Source: Candidatus Limnocylindria bacterium (GTDB taxonomy: Bacteria; Chloroflexota; Limnocylindria; QHBO01). Taken from it: 64,000 nt of DNA. The stretch spans positions 15,116 to 79,115 of the forward strand of contig DATBIW010000122.1 in NCBI GenBank assembly GCA_036556745.1. Direction: 5' to 3'. Positions within the stretch are counted from its first letter, which is position 1. Every line of letters starts with the position of its first letter. The notes below the pieces were generated by a model. That model was not told where the DNA came from and ran no database searches. It worked only from the letters and a program-made list of their open reading frames with translations. Of the stretch, positions 47,911 through 57,165 are shown one piece after another. The translations under genes were made by a program, and so were the position numbers.

Positions 47911-49541
47911 CCACGGTGGAGTCGCGGCCGGTGGCCGACCCGTCGGGGCGCGGCGCGGCGTTCCACTCCCCGGCGAGCGGGGAGCGGCTGCGGGTCGTCG
48001 AGCCCACGCTCTTCGAGCGGTCGCGACCCGGCCGCCGCGCGATCCGCATCCCGCGCCCCTCGGAGGCCGCCACCGCCTCGGCGGCCGGCCAGCCGGCGAT
48101 CCCGGCCGAGGCGCGCCGGACGGCCGCCCCGCGGCTGCCCGAAGTCAGCGAGCTCGAGCTGGTCCGCCACTTCAACCGGCTGAGCCGGCTGAACCACGCC
48201 ATCGACATCGACTTCTATCCGCTCGGCTCGTGCACGATGAAGTACAACCCCAAGCTGAACGAGTGGGCCGCGCGGCTCCCCGGACTGGCCGGCTCCCATC
48301 CGCTCGACCCCTCCCCGCAAAGCCAGGGCAGCCTCGAGCTCCAGTGGCTCCTCGCCGAGCTCCTCCGCGAGATCGGCGGGTTCGCGGCGGTCAGCCTCCA
48401 GCCGGCGGCCGGCGCCCACGGCGAGCTGACCGGGATGCTGATGACCCGCGCCTACCATCGGTCCCGCGGGGAGGGCGACCAGCGCCGGACGGTCCTCGTC
48501 CCGGACAGCGCCCACGGCACGAACCCGGCGACCGCGACCATGGTCGGGTACGCGACCCGGACCGTGCCCTCCAACGCGCGGGGCGGGATCGACCTCGAGG
48601 CGCTCCGCGCGGCGCTCGGCCCCGACACGGCCGCCCTGATGCTCACCAACCCGAGCACGCTGGGCATCTTCGAGGACCAGATCGACGACGTGCTGGCCGC
48701 CGTCCAGCAGGCCGGGGCCATCGCCTACATGGACGGGGCCAACCTGAACGCCATCCTCGGCCGCTTCCGGGCGGGGGAGGCCGGCTTCGACGTCATGCAC
48801 TTCAACCTCCACAAGACGTTCAGCACCCCGCACGGCGGCGGGGGACCGGGAGCCGGCCCGGTCGGTGTCAGCCAGCGGCTCGTCCCGTTCCTCCCAGCCC
48901 CGCGCCCGCTCCTCGTCGCCGGCGACCCGGCCGAGGTGCTGGCCAATGCGTGGGCTGGGCGGTCCACCCCCGGCGCCCGCTTCGAGCTCGAGGCACCCGG
49001 CTCGCGGCCGACCGCCATCGGCCAGGTCCGGACCTTCGGCGGCAACTTCGGGATGCACATCCGCGCCTACGCCTACATCCGGGCCAACGGCGGCGAGGGA
49101 CTCCGCGAGGTGACCGATGACGCGGTCGTCGCGGCCAACTACGTCCGCGTCGGGCTGGCTGATGCCTACGACCTGCCGTTCGACCGGATCTGCAAGCACG
49201 AGGTCGTGTTCAGCGCTCGGCGCCAGAAGCGCGAGCACGGGGTGACCGCGCTCGACGTCGCCAAGGCGATCCTCGACGCGGGCATCCACCCGCCGACCAT
49301 CTACTTCCCGCTCATTGTCGAAGAGGCGCTCATGGTGGAGCCCACCGAGACCGAGAGCCGCGAGACCCTCGACCGGTTCATCGGGGTCATGCGGGCCATT
49401 GCCGAGCGGGCGGCCAGCGATCCGGACGCGGTCCGGGCCGCACCCCGGACGACGCCGGTCGGGCGTCTCGACGAGGCCACCGCCGCCCGCCAGCCGGACC
49501 TGCGCTGGACGTTCGAGGAGGCCGATCGAACCCCGAACTGA
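47907..49541 (+). CDS. gcvPB: glycine dehydrogenase (decarboxylating) subunit 2
   Basis: Inner part of track ORF 47568..49541, from ATG 47907 (ATGA overlap). Contains YPLGSCTMKYNP and the PLP-Lys motif NLHKTFSTPHGGGGPG. Confidence 0.93.
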   Translation: MTTVESRPVADPSGRGAAFHSPASGERLRVVEPTLFERSRPGRRAIRIPRPSEAATASAAGQPAIPAEARRTAAPRLPEVSELELVRHFNRLSRLNHAIDIDFYPLGSCTMKYNPKLNEWAARLPGLAGSHPLDPSPQSQGSLELQWLLAELLREIGGFAAVSLQPAAGAHGELTGMLMTRAYHRSRGEGDQRRTVLVPDSAHGTNPATATMVGYATRTVPSNARGGIDLEALRAALGPDTAALMLTNPSTLGIFEDQIDDVLAAVQQAGAIAYMDGANLNAILGRFRAGEAGFDVMHFNLHKTFSTPHGGGGPGAGPVGVSQRLVPFLPAPRPLLVAGDPAEVLANAWAGRSTPGARFELEAPGSRPTAIGQVRTFGGNFGMHIRAYAYIRANGGEGLREVTDDAVVAANYVRVGLADAYDLPFDRICKHEVVFSARRQKREHGVTALDVAKAILDAGIHPPTIYFPLIVEEALMVEPTETESRETLDRFIGVMRAIAERAASDPDAVRAAPRTTPVGRLDEATAARQPDLRWTFEEADRTPN

Positions 49542-49596
49542 TCCCGAGCGTAGTATCTGGCAACCGAATCGGCCCATACGGGAGCACACGAGGGAC

Positions 49597-50190
49597 GTGG
49601 CTGAACCCATTCCGGGCCTCGTCGAGCGGATGCAGTCGGGGGACCTGCAGGCGTTCGAGGAGTTCTTCCTGACGTACCAGCGTCCGGTCTACCTGACCGC
49701 GCTGGCGATCACCCGTGACCCGTTCCTCGCCGAGGAGATCCTCCAGGACGTGTTCGTCAAGGCCTACCGGGTTCGCGCCCGGCTGCGGACCGACGTGTCG
49801 CCGCTCCCCTGGCTGCAGCGCGTCTGCACGAACCTGTGCTACTCGCGGCTGTCCCGGCGACGGGCCCCGCTCGAGCCGCTCACCGACCTCATCGGCAACC
49901 TCGCACCCGACCTGTCGGCCCGGCCCGACGAGGTCGTCGAGTCCCGCGAGATTGTCGACGTCCTCCAGAAGGGGATCGACCAGCTCCCGCCCAAGCAGCA
50001 GACCGCGATCATCCTGTACTACCTCCACGGCTACAGCCTGGCCGAGGCGGCCGAGATCGCCGGCTGCCAGGTCGGGACCATGAAGTCGCGGATCCACTAC
50101 GCGCTCCGGGCGCTCCGGGTCCTCCTCCCGGTCGCCCGCCGCGCGCCGATCGCCGGCCACGCCCGGCTCGTCGACGAGGGCCGGCCATGA
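49597..50190 (+). CDS. ECF-type sigma-70 family RNA polymerase sigma factor
   Basis: Inner part of track ORF 49315..50190, from GTG 49597. Region 2 (FEEFFLTYQRPVYLTALAITRD) and region 4 HTH (YYLHGYSLAEAAEIAGCQVGTMKSRIHYA). Confidence 0.88.
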   Translation: MAEPIPGLVERMQSGDLQAFEEFFLTYQRPVYLTALAITRDPFLAEEILQDVFVKAYRVRARLRTDVSPLPWLQRVCTNLCYSRLSRRRAPLEPLTDLIGNLAPDLSARPDEVVESREIVDVLQKGIDQLPPKQQTAIILYYLHGYSLAEAAEIAGCQVGTMKSRIHYALRALRVLLPVARRAPIAGHARLVDEGRP

Positions 50191-50753
50191 GGCCCAGCTG
50201 CGCGCGCGTCACCCGGGAGGTCATCGAGTTCTTCCGCTTCGGCGACCTCGACACCCGGTCGGCGCCGCACCTCGACCACCTGGCCGTCTGCGCCGACTGC
50301 CGCGCCGAGGTCGGGCTCGACCGCGAGCTCGTCGTCCAGCTCCAGCGCGCCCTGCGCGCCCGGGTCGACGGCCACGCGCCGTCTCCAGGTGCTTGGCTTG
50401 AGATCCGCCGCCGCGCTCTCCAGCCCGAGGTGCCGACCTGGCGGGCCCGGCTGCTGCCGGTGCTTCGCCTCGCCCCGATCGGCGCGACCGCCGTCGTCCT
50501 GTTGGCCCTCACGGCCCCCTCCGATCTCGCCTCGTTCCGGGTGTCTCCCGGCCTCGCCGCTCGCGAGCCGATCATCCGCCAGATCCAGGCCGCCCCGGAC
50601 AACGACGCCGTGGACCCGTACCAGGGGCGCTGGTGGCTCCGCCTCGTGCCGGCCCCCGACCCCGAGGCGCCGGCCACCGGGCCGGTGCCGACCGCCGATC
50701 CGTGGGAGCCGGTGGCCGTCAAGGTGGAGCGCAGCAGCGGCGCCATACGCTGA
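50187..50753 (+). CDS. zinc-binding (ZAS-type) anti-sigma factor, single TM helix
   Basis: The ATG at 50187 overlaps the sigma-factor stop (ATGA). HLAVCADC is an H-x3-C-x2-C motif. One TM helix (IGATAVVLLALTA) and an extracytoplasmic tail of about 90 aa. Confidence 0.7.
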   Translation: MRPSCARVTREVIEFFRFGDLDTRSAPHLDHLAVCADCRAEVGLDRELVVQLQRALRARVDGHAPSPGAWLEIRRRALQPEVPTWRARLLPVLRLAPIGATAVVLLALTAPSDLASFRVSPGLAAREPIIRQIQAAPDNDAVDPYQGRWWLRLVPAPDPEAPATGPVPTADPWEPVAVKVERSSGAIR

Positions 50754-50760
50754 CGCTCGG

Positions 50761-50780
50761 GCGCGCCGCGCTCGGCGCGC
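50761..50780 (+). terminator. stem-loop GCGCGCCG-CGCT-CGGCGCGC
   Basis: Perfect 8-bp GC stem 8 nt after the anti-sigma stop. No U-tract. Confidence 0.45.
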
Positions 50781-50859
50781 GCTGAACCTCCGGCCCGCAG
50801 GCGGGGTATTGGTGAGTGGAACGGGCGTTCCGACCGTTTCGGCGTGCGTCGCTGTCGTG

Positions 50860-50889
50860 TTGACAGCGGCAAACCGCGCGGGCCATGAT
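50860..50889 (+). promoter_or_regulatory. candidate promoter TTGACA-18 nt-CATGAT for the first peptide ABC operon
   Basis: Perfect -35 hexamer and a weaker -10. Would give a leader of about 155 nt before the ATG at 51051. Confidence 0.35.
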
Positions 50890-51050
50890 CCCGACGGTCC
50901 GTTCGCGCGCCGCCCTACGGTGAGTTCGGACGCGCCCTGATTCCAACGAAGTCTGGTAGGGAGAGGAGGGCCTGCCGAGCGTTCGTTTCGGATTGACCGC
51001 CGCCGTCTGCGGCGAATGCCCCTACGCCATTACGGCGAAAGGAAAGGTGT

Positions 51051-52715
51051 ATGTGGATTAAGAAATCGATGGGCGCCGGGTTGGCGCTGATCATGTTGCT
51101 GGCGGCCTGCCAGCCGTCCGCCTCGGAGTCGCCGGGCGCGAGCGAAACGGGTGAGGCCAGCGAAGCGCCGGCCGTCCCGCAGGTGCTGCGCGTTCCCCTC
51201 GGAACCGAGCCCCCGTCGCTCGACCCGAACACGGCGACCGACAGCGAGTCCATCCAGGTGCTCCGATCGATCACCTACCCGCTGGTCTACTTCGATGAGA
51301 ACCTGAACATCGTTGATGGAATGGCCTCGTACGAAGTCAGCGAGGATGGCCAGACCATCACCTTCCACCTGTCCGAAGGATGGGCCTACAGCGATGGTCA
51401 GCCAGTGGTGGCAGGCGACTTCGCCTACAGCTGGCGACGCCTGATCGATCCACGCACCGCGTCCGAGTACGCCTACGTGCTCGACTACGTCGCGAACGGC
51501 CTCGAGATCCGCACCGCGGATCCGGAGGTCGACGACATCGACGCGATGCTGGAGGACTTCGGTGTCGATGCACCGGACGACTCAACCTTCGTGGTCACCC
51601 TCTCGCAGCCGGCCGCCTGGTTCGTGTACATCGCGACCATGTGGCTGACCGTCCCGCTCCGCGAGGACATGGTCTTCAGCGAGGCCGAGGGCTACATCTC
51701 CTCCGGCCCGATGATGCTGACCGAGTGGAACCACAACGCAAACCTGGTCCTCGAGCCGAACCCGAACTGGAACGGCCCCGCCCCGACGATCGAGCGCATC
51801 GAGATGTCGGTCATCAGCGACCAGGCAGCGGAGCTCGCGGCCTACGAGGCAGGCGACATTGACATCGCCCAGCCGCCGGCGGCCGAGATCCCGCGCATCG
51901 AGGACGACCCTGAGCTCAGCCAGGACGTTCTCCGTGGCAACTCCCTGGGTATCGAGTACTACGCGTTCGACCTGAAGGACCCGAACGGTCCGTTCGCCCG
52001 ATCCGCCCTCCTCCGGCGCGCCTTCCATGAGGCCGTCGACAAGGAGGCCGCGATCACCGTGGCGTTCGGTGGCGTGGGCATTCCGGCCGACAGCGTCGTC
52101 CCGCCCGGCATGCCGGGTGCCCAGGAGGACGTGTTCATCCCGTACGACGTCGAGCAGGCCCAGGCGGACTTCGCTGCCGCCCTGGAAGAGCTCGGCCTCG
52201 CTTCGGCGGCTGACCTGCACCTGCAGATCGGCTACAACACCGGGAGCACCCACGAGACTCGCGTCGAGTTCCTGCAGCAGCAGTGGCGCGAGGCCTTCGG
52301 CGACGATCTCGTCGTCGAGCCCGTGGGCATGGAGTTCGGCACCTACCTCGACCGGCTGACGTCGGATCCGTTCGACATCTTCCGGCTGGGTTGGGGCGCG
52401 GACTACCCGCACCCGCAGAACTTCCTGTTCGACCTGCTCGGCTGTGGCAGCGGCAATAACAATGCCGGCTACTGCAACGAGGAAGTCGACGCGCTCATGG
52501 CCGAGGCTTCCGTGACTGCGGACCTCGAGGGTCAGGTGGCTCTGTACAACCAGGCCCAGGAGCTGATCATGGAAGACTCTCCGATGATCACGCTGCGGTG
52601 GGGCTCGCGCTTCACCCTGATCAAGCCATGGGTCCAGGACCTGCTCGTCACGTCCCTGGACAGCGACAGCGGTGAGCACTTCTACGCGTGGGCGACCATC
52701 GCCCCGCACGAGTAG
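51051..52715 (+). CDS. ABC transporter substrate-binding lipoprotein, family 5 (peptide/nickel/opine type)
   Basis: 554 aa. Signal peptide with lipobox LLAAC. SBP_bac_5-like pattern. AAGGAAAGG Shine-Dalgarno. Confidence 0.9.
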   Translation: MWIKKSMGAGLALIMLLAACQPSASESPGASETGEASEAPAVPQVLRVPLGTEPPSLDPNTATDSESIQVLRSITYPLVYFDENLNIVDGMASYEVSEDGQTITFHLSEGWAYSDGQPVVAGDFAYSWRRLIDPRTASEYAYVLDYVANGLEIRTADPEVDDIDAMLEDFGVDAPDDSTFVVTLSQPAAWFVYIATMWLTVPLREDMVFSEAEGYISSGPMMLTEWNHNANLVLEPNPNWNGPAPTIERIEMSVISDQAAELAAYEAGDIDIAQPPAAEIPRIEDDPELSQDVLRGNSLGIEYYAFDLKDPNGPFARSALLRRAFHEAVDKEAAITVAFGGVGIPADSVVPPGMPGAQEDVFIPYDVEQAQADFAAALEELGLASAADLHLQIGYNTGSTHETRVEFLQQQWREAFGDDLVVEPVGMEFGTYLDRLTSDPFDIFRLGWGADYPHPQNFLFDLLGCGSGNNNAGYCNEEVDALMAEASVTADLEGQVALYNQAQELIMEDSPMITLRWGSRFTLIKPWVQDLLVTSLDSDSGEHFYAWATIAPHE

Positions 52716-52739
52716 CACCGCGAACAGGTAGCGAAACTC

Positions 52740-52814
52740 GTCGGGCGGGCCATCACGGCCCGCCCGACGGCCACGGCCCCCGAGGGACTATTCTTCGGAA
52801 GCCGTGGCCGTCGG
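52740..52814 (+). other. two partly overlapping GC-rich stem-loops after the SBP gene
   Basis: Hairpin 1: GTCGGGCGGGCC (52740-52751) pairs with GGCCCGCCCGAC (52757-52768). Hairpin 2: CCGACGGCCACGGC (52764-52777) pairs with GCCGTGGCCGTCGG (52801-52814). The arms share 52764-52768. Confidence 0.6.
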
Positions 52815-52842
52815 ATGACGGATTCGGAACAGGAGAGGAACC

Positions 52843-53808
52843 GTGCTGACCTACATCGTGCGCCGGGTGCTGTGGATCATCCCGGTCCTGTTCTTCGTCT
52901 CGGTCATCACCTTCACCCTGATGCATGCCGTCCCCGGGGGACCCTGGGCCCGCGAGAAGGCTCTCCCCGCGGCGACCGTCGAGCTGCTCAACGACAAGTA
53001 CGGGCTGGATGAGCCGATCGTCGTCCAGTACCTGAACTGGATCGGCCCACTCCACATCGAGGACGGCAACGTCGCCTGCTGTGGCGGGATCCTGTCCGGC
53101 GACCTGGGCCCGTCCTACAAGTACGTCAACCGGTCGGTGAACGACATCATTGCCGACGGGATCCTGGTGACCATGCAGCTCGGGGTGCTGGCTTTCCTCC
53201 TGTCAGTCGCCATCGGCCTGCCGCTGGGCATCATCGCGGCGCTCGGCCACAACAAGTGGCCCGACTACTCGGCCACCATGGTCTCGGTGCTCGGGATCTC
53301 CACGCCGACGTTCGTGTCGTCCATCCTCCTGATCGTCATCTTTGGGGTCGTCCTCGGCTGGTTGCCGACCAACGCCCTGAAGTGGGAGGAGGACCCGTCC
53401 GCCTGGATCCTGCCGACCATCGCCCTGTCGCTGTACCCGATCGCCCAGGTGGCCCGCTACACCAGGGCTTCGATGCTCGAGGTCACGCGACGTGACTACG
53501 TCCGGACGGCCCACAGCAAGGGTCTCGGCCGGCGGACGGTGGTCATCGTCCACATGGTCCGCAACGCGCTGATCCCGGTGGTCACCATCCTCGGTCCGAT
53601 CCTGGCGTTCCTGATCACCGGGTCGTTCGTGATCGAGTACATCTTCAGCGTCCCCGGCATCGGCCGCGAGTACGTGGCCAGCATCACTCAGCGCGACTAC
53701 GGAATGATCATGGCCATGACGATGTTCTACGCGGTCGTGATCGTGGTCCTGAACCTCGTCGTCGACGTCCTGTACGCCTACATCGACCCGCGAATCCGCT
53801 ACAGCTAG
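52843..53808 (+). CDS. peptide-type ABC transporter permease (DppB/OppB-like)
   Basis: 321 aa, 6 TM helices. N-terminus MLTYIVRRVLWIIPVLFFVSVITF. EAA-loop region YVRTAHSKGL. Confidence 0.92.
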   Translation: MLTYIVRRVLWIIPVLFFVSVITFTLMHAVPGGPWAREKALPAATVELLNDKYGLDEPIVVQYLNWIGPLHIEDGNVACCGGILSGDLGPSYKYVNRSVNDIIADGILVTMQLGVLAFLLSVAIGLPLGIIAALGHNKWPDYSATMVSVLGISTPTFVSSILLIVIFGVVLGWLPTNALKWEEDPSAWILPTIALSLYPIAQVARYTRASMLEVTRRDYVRTAHSKGLGRRTVVIVHMVRNALIPVVTILGPILAFLITGSFVIEYIFSVPGIGREYVASITQRDYGMIMAMTMFYAVVIVVLNLVVDVLYAYIDPRIRYS

Positions 53809-53817
53809 GAGCCCGGA

Positions 53818-54783
53818 ATGACCGAGCAGACGGGCGCCATCGAGGTTGGCCTTCCGCTCGAACGCCGGAAGAGCGCCGGACTCTGGGGCGATGCCTTCCG
53901 CCGGCTCCTGCGCAACCGGCTGGCGATCATCGGTGGGATCGTCGTGATCTTCCTGCTGTTCATCGCCGCCTTCGGGCCGATGATGACCCCGTTCACGTAC
54001 TACGAGCAGCACACCGACGAGGTCATCGCCAACGACGGCCGGCCGCTGACCCCGATGCAGACGCTCGAAGGGATGGACCATACCCACATCCTCGGCACCG
54101 ACCAGCTCGGCCGTGACCTCCTGAGCCGGCTCATGGACGGCGCCCGGATCAGCGTCATGGTTGCCCTGGTCGTCCAGTTCGTCGTCCTGGTGATCGGGAT
54201 CCCGGTGGGCGCCATGGCGGCCTGGTTCGGCGGGCGCCTCGACAACTTCCTGATGCGGATCACCGATGTCGTCTACGCCTATCCCGATCTGCTGTTCATC
54301 ATCCTGCTGGGGGTCGCCTTCCGCGAGACGTTCTTCGGGCAGGCCCTCGATGGCCTGCTGCTCGTGTTCGTGGCCATCGGCCTGACCAGCTGGGTGACGA
54401 TGGCCCGTCTCGTCCGCGGCCAGCTGCTCAGCCTGAAGGAGCAGGAATTCGTCGAGGCGGCCCAGGCGATCGGCGTTTCGGACCGGCGCATCGTGACTCG
54501 GCACCTGCTGCCGAACGCGACCGGGCCGATCATCGTCGCGGTCACACTCGGCATCCCGGCGGCCATCCTGGCCGAGGCGACGCTGGCCTTCATCGGCATC
54601 GGCGTCCAGGCACCTCGCGCCAGCTGGGGCAGCCTGGTGGCCGACGGCCAGTCGTACATGCGATCGTTCCCGCATCTCGTCCTGTTCCCGGCGATCTGCA
54701 TCGCCGCGGCCCTCATCAGCTTCACCTTCCTGGGAGACGGTCTTCGTGACGCGCTCGATCCCAAGCTGAAGGGGAAGCAGTAG
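53818..54783 (+). CDS. peptide-type ABC transporter permease (DppC/OppC-like)
   Basis: 321 aa. DQLGRDLLSRL and FVEAAQAIGVS EAA-loop pattern. Confidence 0.92.
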   Translation: MTEQTGAIEVGLPLERRKSAGLWGDAFRRLLRNRLAIIGGIVVIFLLFIAAFGPMMTPFTYYEQHTDEVIANDGRPLTPMQTLEGMDHTHILGTDQLGRDLLSRLMDGARISVMVALVVQFVVLVIGIPVGAMAAWFGGRLDNFLMRITDVVYAYPDLLFIILLGVAFRETFFGQALDGLLLVFVAIGLTSWVTMARLVRGQLLSLKEQEFVEAAQAIGVSDRRIVTRHLLPNATGPIIVAVTLGIPAAILAEATLAFIGIGVQAPRASWGSLVADGQSYMRSFPHLVLFPAICIAAALISFTFLGDGLRDALDPKLKGKQ

Positions 54784-54784
54784 G

Positions 54785-55900
54785 TTGACCGTCAGCGACC
54801 CACAGGCCCCGCCCGAGGGCGTCGCGGTCGAGGAGCTCGACGAATCCGTCGACATCGCGACCGAAGAGGGCCGTCGCCTCGCGGAGCGCCTGGCCGACAA
54901 CCGGCCCCACGCCCGGAAGCTGCTCGAGGTCCGGAACCTCTCGACCCAGTTTTTCACCCGTGACGGGGTCGTCCACGCCGTGGACGAGGTCAGCTTCGAC
55001 GTCGACTACGGCGAGACGCTCGGCCTGGTCGGCGAGTCGGGCTGCGGCAAGAGCGTCACCGCCCTGTCCCTCGTCCGGCTCGTGCCCGACCCGCCGGGCA
55101 GGATCACCGACGGCCAGATCATCTTCGACGGGATCGACATCCTGAAGCTGTCTCGCTCGGAGATGCGGCGGCTCAGGGGCCGAAAGATCGGCTTCATCTT
55201 CCAGGACCCGATGACCAGCCTGAACCCGACCCTCCCGGTGGGCTTCCAGATCTCGGAGTCGGCGCGGACCCACTTGGGCCTCTCGCGGTCGGCGGCCGGC
55301 GACCGCGCGGTCGAGCTCCTCTCCAAGGTCGGCATCCCGCGCGCCCGGGAGCGGATCGGGGACTACCCGCACCAGTTCTCGGGCGGCATGCGCCAGCGCG
55401 TAATGATCGCCATCGCGCTCGCCTGCGACCCGATGCTCCTCCTGGCCGACGAGCCGACCACCGCCCTGGACGTGACCATCCAGGCGCAGATCCTCGACCT
55501 CATCCGCTCCCTGTCGGACGAGTTCGGGACGGCGGTCATCCTCATCACCCACGACCTCGGCATCGCGGCCGGCATGTGCAACCGGGTGAACGTCATGTAT
55601 GCCGGCCGGATCGTCGAGACCGGGATGGTGGACGACGTCTTCGAGAAGGCCCGCCACCCGTACGCCTGGGGCCTCCTCGACTCGCTGCCCAGGCTCACCG
55701 AAGTGCGGACCGCGCGGCTGCGGACCATCGAGGGGCTGCCGCCAGATCTCATCGACCCGGCCGATGAGTGCCGATTCTCCCCGCGTTGCCGGTACGTCCG
55801 CGACGAATGCCGGACTCACGAGCCGGAGCTCACCGCCCGGGAGGGCGAGGGTCACCTGGCGCGCTGCTTCGGAACCGAGCCGGGAGGCTGGATCCCGTGA
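54785..55900 (+). CDS. peptide-type ABC transporter ATP-binding protein (DppD/OppD-like)
   Basis: 371 aa. Walker [29 protein letters not shown] and a C-terminal oligopeptide-ATPase extension with Cys residues. TTG start. Confidence 0.92.
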   Translation: MTVSDPQAPPEGVAVEELDESVDIATEEGRRLAERLADNRPHARKLLEVRNLSTQFFTRDGVVHAVDEVSFDVDYGETLGLVGESGCGKSVTALSLVRLVPDPPGRITDGQIIFDGIDILKLSRSEMRRLRGRKIGFIFQDPMTSLNPTLPVGFQISESARTHLGLSRSAAGDRAVELLSKVGIPRARERIGDYPHQFSGGMRQRVMIAIALACDPMLLLADEPTTALDVTIQAQILDLIRSLSDEFGTAVILITHDLGIAAGMCNRVNVMYAGRIVETGMVDDVFEKARHPYAWGLLDSLPRLTEVRTARLRTIEGLPPDLIDPADECRFSPRCRYVRDECRTHEPELTAREGEGHLARCFGTEPGGWIP

Positions 55901-57039
55901 CGACCGAGACGACCGAGACCACCACCCCGACCCCGGAGGCCGTCAGCGGCCAGAACGGCGGAGGGACCGGCACCGGGCCCCTGGTCGAGGCCGAGGACCT
56001 GCGCGTCTACTTCCCGATCTTCTCCGGCCTGCTCCAGCGACGGACCGGCGACGTGCGTGCGGTCGACGACATCTCCTTCGAGATCCAGCGGGGCGAGACC
56101 TTCGGCCTGGTCGGCGAGTCGGGGTGCGGCAAGAGCACCACCGGTCGCGCGGTCATCCGGCTCCGGAATCCGACCGGGGGGACGGTGAAGTTCGACGGCC
56201 GTGACCTGATGAGCCTCGACCGCGAGGAGCTGCGTCGCGCCCGGCGGCGGATGCAGATCATCTTCCAGGACCCGTACTCGTCGCTGAACCCGCGGATGAC
56301 GGTGGCGTCGATCATCGGAGAGCCGCTCGAGACCCACAACCTGGGCAGCAAGGGGTCGCGCCAGGACCGGGTCTCGGAGCTCCTCCAGCTGGTCGGCCTG
56401 AACCCGAACTACCGGAGCCGCTATCCGCACGAGTTCTCGGGTGGCCAGCGCCAGCGCATCGGCGTCGCCCGGGCGCTGGCCGTCGAGCCGGAGTTCATCG
56501 TCTGCGACGAGCCGATCAGCGCCCTCGACGTCTCGATCCAGGCGCAGGTCCTGAACCTGCTCGTCGAGCTCCGGGAGCGCTTCGGGCTCACCTACCTGTT
56601 CATCGCCCACGACCTGTCGGTCGTCCGCCACATCAGCGACCGGGTCGGGGTCATGTACCTCGGCAAGCTCGTCGAGGTGGGACCACCCGATCTCCTGTAT
56701 GCGGGGCCGGGCCACCCCTACACCCGGGCGCTCCTCTCGGCGGTGCCCATCCCCGACCCGAAGACCGAGCGCATGCGGAAGCGGGTCATCCTGACCGGGG
56801 ACGTCCCGTCGCCGGTCAACCCGCCGCCCGGCTGCCGGTTCCACACCCGGTGCTGGCTGTACGAGCGGCTGGGCCGGCCCGAGGTCTGCCGGACCGAGGA
56901 GCCGCCCCTGCGGACCGTCCAGCCCCAGCACCAGGCCGCGTGCCACTTCGCCGAGGACACCCTGCGCAGCGACGTGGGGGTTGCCCACATCGACACGGCG
57001 CCGGAACCGGCCGGCGAAACCGCGGCCGCCGCTTCGTAA
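55897..57039 (+). CDS. peptide-type ABC transporter ATP-binding protein (DppF/OppF-like)
   Basis: GTG at 55897 (GTGA overlap) inside track ORF 55768..57039. Contains [26 protein letters not shown] and [12 protein letters not shown]. Confidence 0.92.
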   Translation: MTTETTETTTPTPEAVSGQNGGGTGTGPLVEAEDLRVYFPIFSGLLQRRTGDVRAVDDISFEIQRGETFGLVGESGCGKSTTGRAVIRLRNPTGGTVKFDGRDLMSLDREELRRARRRMQIIFQDPYSSLNPRMTVASIIGEPLETHNLGSKGSRQDRVSELLQLVGLNPNYRSRYPHEFSGGQRQRIGVARALAVEPEFIVCDEPISALDVSIQAQVLNLLVELRERFGLTYLFIAHDLSVVRHISDRVGVMYLGKLVEVGPPDLLYAGPGHPYTRALLSAVPIPDPKTERMRKRVILTGDVPSPVNPPPGCRFHTRCWLYERLGRPEVCRTEEPPLRTVQPQHQAACHFAEDTLRSDVGVAHIDTAPEPAGETAAAAS

Positions 57040-57097
57040 AGGAGGGCCGTCACCGATAGCCGCGCTTTGGCGGCACTGATATGCTGATGCGACTTCG

Positions 57098-57113
57098 CCG
57101 GCCGATCGGCCGG
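57098..57113. other. perfect 16-nt palindrome CCGGCCGATCGGCCGG between the two ABC operons
   Basis: Read directly. Could be a terminator stem for operon 1 or a protein-binding site for operon 2. Confidence 0.4.
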
Positions 57114-57165
57114 TGGCATTCGCCCATCCCTGTCACAGGCAATGAGGAAGCGGAGGGTCACCTGG

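Noticed and set aside
50818-50846. ECF-type promoter (GGAAC ... CGTT) downstream of the anti-sigma gene
   Set aside because: The spacing between GGAAC and the nearest CGT-containing element is 12 or 20 nt rather than about 16-17 nt, so it does not fit known ECF promoter geometry.
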